Shown: piece by piece, positions 49,283 through 57,707 of the stretch
Layout of the letters: the number at the start of each line of letters is the position of its first letter
Numbering within the stretch: position 1 is the first letter of the stretch
Origin: Candidatus Binatia bacterium
GTDB lineage: Bacteria; Desulfobacterota; Binatia; HRBIN30
Length of the DNA: 64,000 bases
NCBI GenBank assembly: GCA_038245295.1
Contig: JBBRSP010000001.1
Location: forward strand, 59,486-123,485
Direction of reading: 5' to 3'
Notes under the pieces: model-generated
Database searches by the model: none
What the model saw: only the letters and a program-made list of their open reading frames with translations
What the model was told of the DNA's origin: nothing
Position numbers and translations under genes: made by a program

Positions 49283-50035
49283 TTAAGCTGCCGCGTTGCT
49301 TAGCCCGGCTTGTTCGTCGCGCAATCGTTTGGCACGTCGGCGTATGCCCCACAACTCGGTATACGCTTGAGCTCCACTCATCAAGCTGACGGTCGAATCG
49401 GGGGAATTCGTCCACACCACCGGAACATCGGTGGCGCGCAGCCCAAGCGCCAGTGCCAGGGCAATCAACTCAACATCGAACGCGAAACGATCGATCTGCA
49501 TCAATTCGAGCACCGGCAGCATTGGCTGGCGGCGGAACATCTTGAAGCCACACTGGGTGTCCTTGAAGGGCAGTCCGACGACGACCCGAACAAAGACATT
49601 GAAGAGTTTTCCCGACAGCTCGCGGAAAAAGTTCTGGTGCGCCTGGATGCGCGCCTGGCGATGGGCCCGACTGCTGATAACCAAGTCGTATCCGGCTTCG
49701 ACGAGCCCAACCATCTGGTCCATCTCCTCGATCGGTGTCGACAGGTCGGCATCGCTGAACAGGACAATATCTCCCTCGGCCTGCAAAGCCCCGTGGCGCA
49801 CGGCGAAACCCTTGCCGCGATTGCCGCCATAACTCAGGATCCGTAGTTGAGCGCGGTTGGGGAAGCCGCGTTCGACGACCCCTCGGGTGTCGTCGGTGCT
49901 GCCGTCGTCGACCACGAGGATCTCGAAATTCGCGTACTTCTCCTCCAGATGCTCGAAAATCCTTTGCAACGAAGGTAGGATACGCCGCGCCTCGTTAAAG
50001 GCGGGAATGACTACGGACACCTTCATCACGCGCAT
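49283..50035 (-). CDS. Family 2 glycosyltransferase, Dpm1-like polyprenyl-phosphate sugar synthase.
   Basis: VSVVIPAFNEARRI…ILVVDDGSTDDT…FSDADLS. It lies 24 nt upstream of the GT-C gene on the same strand. Confidence 0.8.
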   Translation of the reverse strand: MRVMKVSVVIPAFNEARRILPSLQRIFEHLEEKYANFEILVVDDGSTDDTRGVVERGFPNRAQLRILSYGGNRGKGFAVRHGALQAEGDIVLFSDADLSTPIEEMDQMVGLVEAGYDLVISSRAHRQARIQAHQNFFRELSGKLFNVFVRVVVGLPFKDTQCGFKMFRRQPMLPVLELMQIDRFAFDVELIALALALGLRATDVPVVWTNSPDSTVSLMSGAQAYTELWGIRRRAKRLRDEQAGLSNAAA

Positions 50036-50125
50036 CGGCGATTAGTTGACAAGGCCACAGGTGGCATATACACGAGAGCGGCTTTTCAGCCTCAAGACTA
50101 AATTAACTCGAAAGATCCGATTCCT

Positions 50126-52912
50126 ATGGCAGAGAGAGAGACCGTTCGCAACCTGACGGAAGCGTCGAATCGCGCCGAAACACCAAGCGCACTCGATCGC
50201 CCGTTTATCGGATCAATGACCCTCGAGAAGTTCCTTTATCTTCTCCTCTGGGCCGTGATCGTTTTCACCCGGCTTTATCAGCTGGGGGATCGTCCGTACC
50301 ATCACGACGAATCGATCCACGCCTTCTACTCGTGGAAAATCGTCGACGAGGGGCTGGGTAACTACAAGTACGACCCGGTCTACCATGGCCCGGTGCTGTA
50401 CTACGCCAGCGCCCTGATGATGAAAATCTTTGGCGACGGCGACTTCCAGGCGCGTCTGAGTGCGGTGGCGTTCGGCTTCGGCATCCTCGCCTTTGCATGG
50501 CCGCTGCGCAAATTCATGGGGCGTTGGTCGGCCCTGATGTTCCTCGTGCTCGCCACCTTCTCGCCGGCGCTGAACTACTTTACGCGATTCATTCGCCATG
50601 ACGTCTACGTCGGCCTCGGCAACATGATGGCCGTCTATTTCGCCTTCCTATACGGCCGCTCGCGCAAGGCGACGCATCTCTACGTCGCCGCCGTCGGCCT
50701 GGCGATCGCCTTCTGCAACAAGGAAGACATGTACGTGCTCGGCCCGGTCATGGTGCTGAGCCTGCTGCTCATGCAGGTGTGGGAGATCATCTACGCCGGC
50801 GACTGGCGCAAGCAGTTGAGTGTCACCTGGGGCGAGACGGCGGCTTTCCTCAAGAGCTCGGCGTTGCCGATCATCACCAGCCTGATCATCTTCCTGGTCG
50901 TTTGCCTGACGTTCTACACCTCGATCTTCACGCATCCCGAGAATTGGAACCCGGTACGGCGCGCCCTCGAGTACTGGATCGGCCAACATACGATCAAACG
51001 GATCGGTGGCCCCTGGTGGTACTACTTCCCGCAACTCATCGCCTACGAGCCGGTGATTCTGGTGCCGATGTTGCTGCTCCTGTTCGGTCCGGTGCTGACG
51101 CCGCAGAAGGGCGAGCGCCGTTCGACGACAATCCTCGAATACCTGACGCTGGCAAGCACCGTGCTAGCGATTCTCATCATCTTCTTGAACCAGGCCGGTC
51201 TCGCCTTCGGCATGTTCGTGATCTACGACTCGCACACTGGGGGTCTAATCTTCCTGTTGCCGCTGGGGCTGGCCGGCCTGACGCTCATGCGCCGCTGGTT
51301 GCCCGACCCGTTCATTCGTTTCCTGTGCATGTGGACCATCGGCTGCTTCTGCTTCTACTGCTGGGCGCAAGAAAAGGTGCCGTGGCTGCTGTTCCCGATG
51401 GTCATGCCCTCGGCGTTGCTGGCGGGGCAATGGTTCGGCCGCATGATCGAGGAGAAGCGCCTGTCGAAGCCCGCTGTCTTCGTGCCGGTGGGCATCTTGG
51501 CGGTGTTGACGCTGTGGAGCTTCGTCGCCGTCAACTATCTCTACAGCGCGCCGCGTCCCGATGAAGGTCCGAACGACTCACCGAAGCGAACCGGCGAACT
51601 GTTGGCGTATGTGCAATCGACCTACGATATTCAGAAGGTCATGCACCGCATCGAAGACGTGTCGCGTATCATGGGCACGGGCGACAAGACCCGCCTGGCC
51701 GTCGGTGGCAATGCAACCTGGCCGCTCAGCTGGTACCTGCGTCACTACCCGGTCAATTGGGCTGCCGACGTGCGCAATGTCGACACGCCGGTGGTCATCA
51801 CCGATCTCGAGGTCGCCACGGCGCTCGATAAGGCGCTGCTGGAGAAATACGAGAAGGTACGTTTCGAGATCCGCGGTTGGTGGGAGCCCGATTGGACGAA
51901 GCTCAATGTGACCACCTTCGCCAAATGGTGGGCGACACGTGTGGCGTTCAACGGTGTCGGATCGAGTGATGCCGTCATGTACGTTCTCAAGGACATCAAG
52001 CCGGGTGTTGCGCTTGACTCGATTGCGGTCAATCCGCCGCCGGCGGCAAAGGGCTACAACGCGCCCCCGAGCCTCGAGAAGCCGGCTGCTGTTTGGGGGG
52101 TGCGCGGGGTTGGCGCCGGCCAGTTCAACGAGCCACGCGGCATCGCCGTCGACGGCGAAGGCAATGTCTATGTCGTCGACAGCAAGAACAATCGTCTGCA
52201 GAAGCTTTCGGCTCAGGGCGTGCCGATCACCAGTTGGGGTAAAGAGGGCGACACGCCGGGCGATTTCAAGGATCCGGGCGGCGTCGCGCTTGGGCCTGAT
52301 GCCAGCGTCTTCGTCGCCGATACCTGGAATCATCGCATCCAGAAGTTCGACAAGGGCGGCAAGTTCCTCGCCGAGTGGAAGCCTGACCCTGGGTTCTGGG
52401 GCCCGCGCGGCGTCGCGGTCTCGGCCGATGGCAACAATGTCTATGTCACCGACACCGGCAACAAACGCATCGTGCGCTTCGACGGCAATGGCAAGCAACT
52501 CGGCGTTTGGGGTAAAGAGGGTTCGAAGCCGGGTGAGTTCATCGAACCGGTCGGCATCGCCGTCGATACCGACGGAAGCGTTTACGTCGCCGATACCGGC
52601 AACCACCGTGTGCAGGTTTTCAGTGCCGACGGGACCTTCCTACGTGAGATCCCGATCCTTGGTTGGGAGGAATTCTACTCCGAGCCCTACATCGCTCTCT
52701 ATGGCGGCGAGCTGTGGGTAACCGACTCCTACAACCACCGTGTGGCGCGTTACAAAGACGGTCAGAACATCGGGTCATGGGGCAAGTCGGGTGCGGCGGA
52801 TGGCGACTTCAATCGTCCGATCGGCATTGCCGCCGATCGACAAGGCGCTGCCTACGTCGCGGACACGATGAACAATCGCATCCAGAAGTTCGTGCTGCCC
52901 GCCGCGAAGTAG
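50126..52912 (+). CDS. Fusion of a GT-C fold membrane domain (TIGR03663/PMT-like, HHDE loop motif) to a C-terminal six-bladed NHL-repeat beta-propeller.
   Basis: N-terminal ~560 aa polytopic, with RPYHHDESIHAFYSW in loop 1. C-terminal ~330 aa carries six NHL repeats (…GNVYVVDSKNNRLQKL…, …VFVADTWNHRIQKFD…, …VYVTDTGNKRIVRFD…, …VYVADTGNHRVQVF…, …LWVTDSYNHRVARY…, …AYVADTMNNRIQKF). Confidence 0.7.
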   Translation: MAERETVRNLTEASNRAETPSALDRPFIGSMTLEKFLYLLLWAVIVFTRLYQLGDRPYHHDESIHAFYSWKIVDEGLGNYKYDPVYHGPVLYYASALMMKIFGDGDFQARLSAVAFGFGILAFAWPLRKFMGRWSALMFLVLATFSPALNYFTRFIRHDVYVGLGNMMAVYFAFLYGRSRKATHLYVAAVGLAIAFCNKEDMYVLGPVMVLSLLLMQVWEIIYAGDWRKQLSVTWGETAAFLKSSALPIITSLIIFLVVCLTFYTSIFTHPENWNPVRRALEYWIGQHTIKRIGGPWWYYFPQLIAYEPVILVPMLLLLFGPVLTPQKGERRSTTILEYLTLASTVLAILIIFLNQAGLAFGMFVIYDSHTGGLIFLLPLGLAGLTLMRRWLPDPFIRFLCMWTIGCFCFYCWAQEKVPWLLFPMVMPSALLAGQWFGRMIEEKRLSKPAVFVPVGILAVLTLWSFVAVNYLYSAPRPDEGPNDSPKRTGELLAYVQSTYDIQKVMHRIEDVSRIMGTGDKTRLAVGGNATWPLSWYLRHYPVNWAADVRNVDTPVVITDLEVATALDKALLEKYEKVRFEIRGWWEPDWTKLNVTTFAKWWATRVAFNGVGSSDAVMYVLKDIKPGVALDSIAVNPPPAAKGYNAPPSLEKPAAVWGVRGVGAGQFNEPRGIAVDGEGNVYVVDSKNNRLQKLSAQGVPITSWGKEGDTPGDFKDPGGVALGPDASVFVADTWNHRIQKFDKGGKFLAEWKPDPGFWGPRGVAVSADGNNVYVTDTGNKRIVRFDGNGKQLGVWGKEGSKPGEFIEPVGIAVDTDGSVYVADTGNHRVQVFSADGTFLREIPILGWEEFYSEPYIALYGGELWVTDSYNHRVARYKDGQNIGSWGKSGAADGDFNRPIGIAADRQGAAYVADTMNNRIQKFVLPAAK

Positions 52913-52982
52913 GGTTTGAAGAAGTTGAAGTGAGCTCTCCCTTGGCCGGTGCGACAAGCGCCGGCCAAGGGAGGCGCGTCGG

Positions 52983-53720
52983 TCACTTGCCCGACAAGAT
53001 CTTTTGGCGCAGCCGGAAGAGATCGTAGAAGGCGCCGACGATCACCGACAGATGCGCGCCAGTCTGCACGCCGGCGGTGCGAGGGTAATGATGGACGCCC
53101 GTTTCTTTGATCTTGAATCCTTTATTGACGGCACGTCCGTACAACTCGGCGTTAATCAACGCCCCTGTCGATTCCAGGGTGATGGCGTTCAACACCTTCT
53201 TGGGAATCAACTTGAAGGCGCAGTTGAGGTCCTTCACGTAGACATTGAGCATGATGCGCACGAGCCAGCCGCCAAACAGCTTGGCGTTGAGGCGGCGGAT
53301 CAATGGATCGTTGCGCTTGATGCGATACCCGGTGACGATGTGATCGTCGTCTGTCACCAGGGGCAGGATGATGTCCAGCTCCTTGATGTCGAACTGCCCG
53401 TCGCCATCCATGTAAAAGACGAAACGCTTCTGTGCCGCGTCGAATCCGGTGCGCAACGCCGCGCCGTAGCCGCGGTTCTGCGGATGATGCTGCGGCCGCA
53501 GTCGCGGGAACTCTTTGGCGAGCTCGTCGAGGATCGCACCGGTGCGGTCCTTGCTGCCATCGTTGGTGACCACGAGCTCGTAATCGAGGCCGGTCGTCTC
53601 CAGATAGGCGACACAGTCGCGCACGACGCGATCGATGTTGGCCTCCTCGTTGAACGCCGGCAGCACAACCGAAAGCTCACGAACTACGCCCGGCACGTTG
53701 CTTTTCGATCCATTCCCCAT
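52983..53720 (-). CDS. Family 2 glycosyltransferase, Dpm1-like polyprenyl-phosphate sugar synthase.
   Basis: LSVVLPAFNEEANI…LVVTNDGSKDRT…YMDGDGQFD. Confidence 0.8.
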   Translation of the reverse strand: MGNGSKSNVPGVVRELSVVLPAFNEEANIDRVVRDCVAYLETTGLDYELVVTNDGSKDRTGAILDELAKEFPRLRPQHHPQNRGYGAALRTGFDAAQKRFVFYMDGDGQFDIKELDIILPLVTDDDHIVTGYRIKRNDPLIRRLNAKLFGGWLVRIMLNVYVKDLNCAFKLIPKKVLNAITLESTGALINAELYGRAVNKGFKIKETGVHHYPRTAGVQTGAHLSVIVGAFYDLFRLRQKILSGK

Positions 53721-53748
53721 ACAATCTCCGCCGCTTAGGCAAGTTTAT

Positions 53749-54879
53749 ATGATCGTTCAATGCCCCTACTGTGCAACCCGCTACAAAATCGATGACGCCA
53801 AGGTGGCGGCCGGCAACGCGCGCATGAAATGTTCGCGTTGTCAGCAAGTCTTCCCGGCGCCGTCGACCAAGAAACGTGTTGCTGCCGCGCCCACCAAGCC
53901 TACCTTGGCCGGCGCTGTCAACTTGAAGCTACCATTCGACGATTCGCCGGCGAAAGACAACCCGGTGAAGGACCTCCCGGCGAAGGAACCGCCGGCCGTG
54001 AAGCCGGCATCCAAGGTTCCCGTGTTCGATCTTGGCGCGGCCGCCGATTCCGCCGAAGAGGATGCCAACGATGTGCTCCGGGGTGACGACGAACCTCCGG
54101 CAAAACACGAGCCGGTGGTCGACGAGATCGATGCCGAGACCGACGCCGACGGCGCCAATGACGATGACAAATTCGAGATCTCCGAACCCCCCGATACATA
54201 CACTCTCGGCACCGAGGAGGTTGCGCCGTCGCCCAAGCCTGCACCCGCCCCACGCCGTGCCACGCCGCGCCCGCCGTCCGGCGGACGTGGCGCCTCCGCG
54301 GCACGCGGTCCTCGTAAGGGCGCCGCGCCGCCAGCTTCGTCTTCCGAACGGGGAAAGTTCCGCGCGATCATGGTGTTTCAGGTTATCACGGTGGTCATCT
54401 ACGCCGCCTTGTTTCAGGCGATGCTGGCCAGCCCGGCGATGACCGATGACTTGTTGCAGAAGCTGCCGTTGATCAGTGCCTTTCGCAACGACAAGCTGAT
54501 GGCCCGCAAGATCGCCTTGTCGGAACTCAGCGGCGGTTATCAACGGATCAAGGAAGGCAAGGAAGTGTTTGTTGTGCGCGGACACGTGCTCAACACCGCG
54601 CCCGTCGCGCTGCAGAGCGTGCAGATCGCCGGCAAACTCTACGATTCCAAGGGCAAGGTCGTCGATACCAAGACGATCTTCTGCGGTAGCGTCATCTCGA
54701 CGAAGGTTTTGAAAGATCTGACGACACCGGAGCTGTCGATGCTGCAGCCGCCATATCCGCCGAAGCATTTCGCCATCGAGCCCGGTGAATCGAAGTCATT
54801 TGTGGTGGTGTTTACGGAGCCACCGCGCGACGCCGCCGAGTTTACGACCCAGGTGGTTTCGGCGCAGCGCCAGAGCTAG
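53749..54879 (+). CDS. MJ0042-type zinc-ribbon protein with a Pro/Ala-rich linker, one TM segment and a DUF3426-like C-terminal domain.
   Basis: Trimmed to the ATG at 53749 (MIVQCPYCATRYKID…CSRCQQVF). The TM segment is MVFQVITVVIYAALFQA. Confidence 0.6.
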   Translation: MIVQCPYCATRYKIDDAKVAAGNARMKCSRCQQVFPAPSTKKRVAAAPTKPTLAGAVNLKLPFDDSPAKDNPVKDLPAKEPPAVKPASKVPVFDLGAAADSAEEDANDVLRGDDEPPAKHEPVVDEIDAETDADGANDDDKFEISEPPDTYTLGTEEVAPSPKPAPAPRRATPRPPSGGRGASAARGPRKGAAPPASSSERGKFRAIMVFQVITVVIYAALFQAMLASPAMTDDLLQKLPLISAFRNDKLMARKIALSELSGGYQRIKEGKEVFVVRGHVLNTAPVALQSVQIAGKLYDSKGKVVDTKTIFCGSVISTKVLKDLTTPELSMLQPPYPPKHFAIEPGESKSFVVVFTEPPRDAAEFTTQVVSAQRQS

Positions 54880-54921
54880 CGCTCAAGCCCACTAGAGGAC
54901 TGCCACCGACTGCGACGACGA

Positions 54922-55122
54922 CTACGCTCTGTCCTTGCTGTCTTTGCTGTCCTTACGGTCTTTCGGAGTAATGTCGATTTCGTCCGGCGCCTTCACTTGT
55001 TTGCGGAAGTTGCGAACGCCGCGCCCGATGCTGTCACCCAGCTCTGGCAGTCGGCCGGCCCCGAAGATGATCAGTACGATCACCAGTAGTACGACCAGTT
55101 CTCCGATGCCCATTCCAAACAT
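54922..55122 (-). CDS. tatA: Twin-arginine translocase subunit TatA/E.
   Basis: [29 protein letters not shown]… The RBS AGGAGA sits 6 nt upstream. Confidence 0.85.
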   Translation of the reverse strand: MFGMGIGELVVLLVIVLIIFGAGRLPELGDSIGRGVRNFRKQVKAPDEIDITPKDRKDSKDSKDRA

Positions 55123-55188
55123 GAAGATCTCCTGAGGCGTCTATAGGTCAGGCTCACGGACCTCTGCAAGGTTGGAGTGAGAAGGGTT

Positions 55189-55233
55189 CGGGGTGCGGGG
55201 TCGAGGTACGGCCCACCCGAACCCCGCACCCCG
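55189..55233. repeat. GC-rich 12-bp palindromic stem (CGGGGTGCGGGG / CCCCGCACCCCG) with a 21-nt loop, between the LLM oxidoreductase stop and tatA.
   Basis: Arms at 55189-55200 and 55222-55233. No U-tract follows on either strand. Confidence 0.45.
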
Positions 55234-55249
55234 CCACCTGCACCCGGCT

Positions 55250-56251
55250 CTACTGAAGGAGCCGCTCGATGGCTTTGGTGTACTCGCGCGGATCCTCGGT
55301 AGCCACATGCACGCGATGGATCTTGGCCCCAGCCTTTTCTTGTTCGATCAGCCGATCGCGGCATTCCTCGACATCGCCGCAGACGCCCAAGCGGTTGCGC
55401 ATCGCCGCAGGAATCGCCGCGACTGCTGCCGCCGCCCCCTGTTGCCAGGCCGCTTTGACGGCGGCGACTTCCTTTTCGAAGCCGAAGCGCTCGAGCTGGC
55501 GCGCGTAGTAGACGCCCATTTTCCCAATGTAGAAGGCGGTTGTCCCCGCCTGTGCCAGCTCGGCGCGCTCGCGTGCCTCTCCCGACGCCACCACGGCGGC
55601 GGTGGGGGCTGTCACCTCGAATTGTTCCGGATCGCGCCCCGCAGCAAGAATGCGCGTGTTCAGGGCGCCGATCTCGGTGCCGAGCTTGTCGATGGGAATC
55701 ATCACCGGCAGCCATCCGTCGGCATGGGAAGCGGTCAGCTCGAGCGCTTTCGGGTTGAGTGTCGCCAGATGAATCGGGATGTGTTTGCGCACCGGCTCGA
55801 AGCGCAGCGTGAAGCCGCGGTCGAGTTGGAACACTTTGCCGACATATTTTAGCGGCTCGTGGCGCAGAAGGATGTTGAAGATTTCGATCGTCTCGCGCAG
55901 GCGGGTTAGTGCTGGCTCGAACTTGACGCCGTGAAAATGTTCGATGACGTTGATGCCGCTGGTGCCGAAGCCGGCGATCATGCGCCCCTCCGACAACTCG
56001 TCGAGCGTCGCGAAGTGCTGCGCCAGGCAAGCCGGCGTGCGCGAGAAGACGTTGACGATACCTGTCGCCAAGCGGATCCGTTTGGTGCGTGCCGCCAGCA
56101 GGGTCAGCAACGTGAAGCAGTCGCGTCCCCACGCTTCCGCAATCCACACCGAATCGACGCCCGCTTCGTCGGCGACCTGCACTCGCTCGATGATCTTGTT
56201 GAGATCGAACTTCCCTTGCCAATCGACGGAAATTGCCAGTTTGCGTGCCAT
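55250..56251 (-). CDS. LLM-class (luciferase-like) flavin-dependent oxidoreductase.
   Basis: Trimmed to the ATG at 56251 (MARKLAISVDW…VWIAEAWGRD…). TIM-barrel LLM-family pattern. Confidence 0.75.
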   Translation of the reverse strand: MARKLAISVDWQGKFDLNKIIERVQVADEAGVDSVWIAEAWGRDCFTLLTLLAARTKRIRLATGIVNVFSRTPACLAQHFATLDELSEGRMIAGFGTSGINVIEHFHGVKFEPALTRLRETIEIFNILLRHEPLKYVGKVFQLDRGFTLRFEPVRKHIPIHLATLNPKALELTASHADGWLPVMIPIDKLGTEIGALNTRILAAGRDPEQFEVTAPTAAVVASGEARERAELAQAGTTAFYIGKMGVYYARQLERFGFEKEVAAVKAAWQQGAAAAVAAIPAAMRNRLGVCGDVEECRDRLIEQEKAGAKIHRVHVATEDPREYTKAIERLLQ

Positions 56252-56510
56252 GAGCGGTCTTGTGGCCGAGCGGCGCCCTTGGCGCAAGACAGGCGCCGTC
56301 GGCGCGTCGGCGGTGGAAGGGGAGGCGCAGGTCTTCAGCCTGCGCTGTGTGCCGGACCCACCCGAGAGCAACCAGAGGAAGCCAAACAACTACACCTAGA
56401 GGACGGACGACACTCTCCACCGCAAGCTGAAGCTTGCGCCTACCCGCCGTGCCTACTCGCGTGCGCACGCTTGCTCCGTCGAAGCTGCGACGGCTAAGAT
56501 CAACTCTTCG

Positions 56511-57644
56511 ATGTCGGATCAGACACGCCTGCGTACCGCCGTAGTTGTTTCCCTGCTGATGCACTTGTCTCTGCTGTGGATGTGGGCCGCCTATCGTGTG
56601 GCGCAGGAGATTCTGCGGCAATCGCGCCCGATCGACATTGATGTTGTCTCGATGCCACCGCCGGCCCCGCCGGCGCCGCCGCGACCGGCGCAGCCGGCCC
56701 ATCCGGTGCAGCCTGCCCCACAGGCTCAACCCGCTGAACCCGCCCCGCCAGTGCCTCCGGCGCCCGTGCTTCAACGACAGATCGTTTCGCCATCGGACGC
56801 CGGAGAGGAGAAGCCGCCACCGCCGGACACTCGTCTCCTCAGTGATCGCGACAACGTCGTGGCCAAGGAGAGCGCTCAGGTCGGCGAAGGGGCACGCGAG
56901 AAGGACAACGCTCCGCCCAAGCCTGTGCAGGAATCGGCACCACCGCCGAAGCCTGAGGCGCCTCGCAAGGTGATCGCTGAGCCCAAACCCGAAGCCAAGC
57001 CCGAGCCTCCCGAGCGCCGGCGCGACCGCAACCCGGGGGCAAGTTTGCCCAATCTCGATCAGCTACTGCCACAGGTCGGTGATCTGGCGCTGGCCGGCGG
57101 CGGTTCGCAAGAGCGTGATCGCGGAGCCGATTCCAACAGCGAGGCGCGTCGCAAGTTGTCGCTACCGCAGGCGGAAGCGTTCTCGGCGCGCCCCGGCATT
57201 CGCGATTTCCTACCGGCCGTGCGCCCGAGCGACATCACCATGCTCAACACGAAGGCGGACCGCTTCGCTCCATTTGTCCGCCGCGTGGCACAACGCGTCT
57301 TCCAACATCTGGACATTCGCTTGCGACAGGCCATTGGCGGTGTCGGCCAAGGCGGCAAAGAGTTCGCCATCGTTGAAGCGATCATGGACAAGCGCGGCCG
57401 CTTGGTGGACGCGCGTATCGTCGAACGGGACAGCACGAGCGCGCTGAGCGCCGATCGGATTCTGCTCGGAGCTACGGAGCCCGACATCTTTTTTGACGAG
57501 AACCCGCCACCCGGCGCCGAGGCGGCCGACGGCAAGATTCATTTCAAGCTGCTCATCGATCTGGAGGTCGTGGCCTATCAAGATCCGCGTAGTGGCCGGA
57601 CTAGTGGCGGCTACCACGGCATGGCCGGGGTTGGGCTGGATTGA
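56511..57644 (+). CDS. N-terminally anchored proline-rich protein with a TonB-C-like C-terminal domain (putative TonB-family energy transducer).
   Basis: TM helix (VVVSLLMHLSLLWMWAAY), a long (P/A/E/K)-rich spacer and a ~100-aa C-terminal domain. No exbB/exbD is adjacent. Confidence 0.4.
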   Translation: MSDQTRLRTAVVVSLLMHLSLLWMWAAYRVAQEILRQSRPIDIDVVSMPPPAPPAPPRPAQPAHPVQPAPQAQPAEPAPPVPPAPVLQRQIVSPSDAGEEKPPPPDTRLLSDRDNVVAKESAQVGEGAREKDNAPPKPVQESAPPPKPEAPRKVIAEPKPEAKPEPPERRRDRNPGASLPNLDQLLPQVGDLALAGGGSQERDRGADSNSEARRKLSLPQAEAFSARPGIRDFLPAVRPSDITMLNTKADRFAPFVRRVAQRVFQHLDIRLRQAIGGVGQGGKEFAIVEAIMDKRGRLVDARIVERDSTSALSADRILLGATEPDIFFDENPPPGAEAADGKIHFKLLIDLEVVAYQDPRSGRTSGGYHGMAGVGLD

Positions 57645-57707
57645 TCGCGTCTAGCCGAGGACGGTAGGGCGTTCTGCGTAGGGCGTCGGGGGTGGTTGGG
57701 GAAACGG

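Noticed and set aside
55080-56774. A 564-aa minus-strand ORF spanning the LLM oxidoreductase region and beyond.
   Set aside because: It is out of frame with the LLM gene, which has clear family motifs. Its translation is dominated by R/G/H runs. It is a GC-rich artefact.
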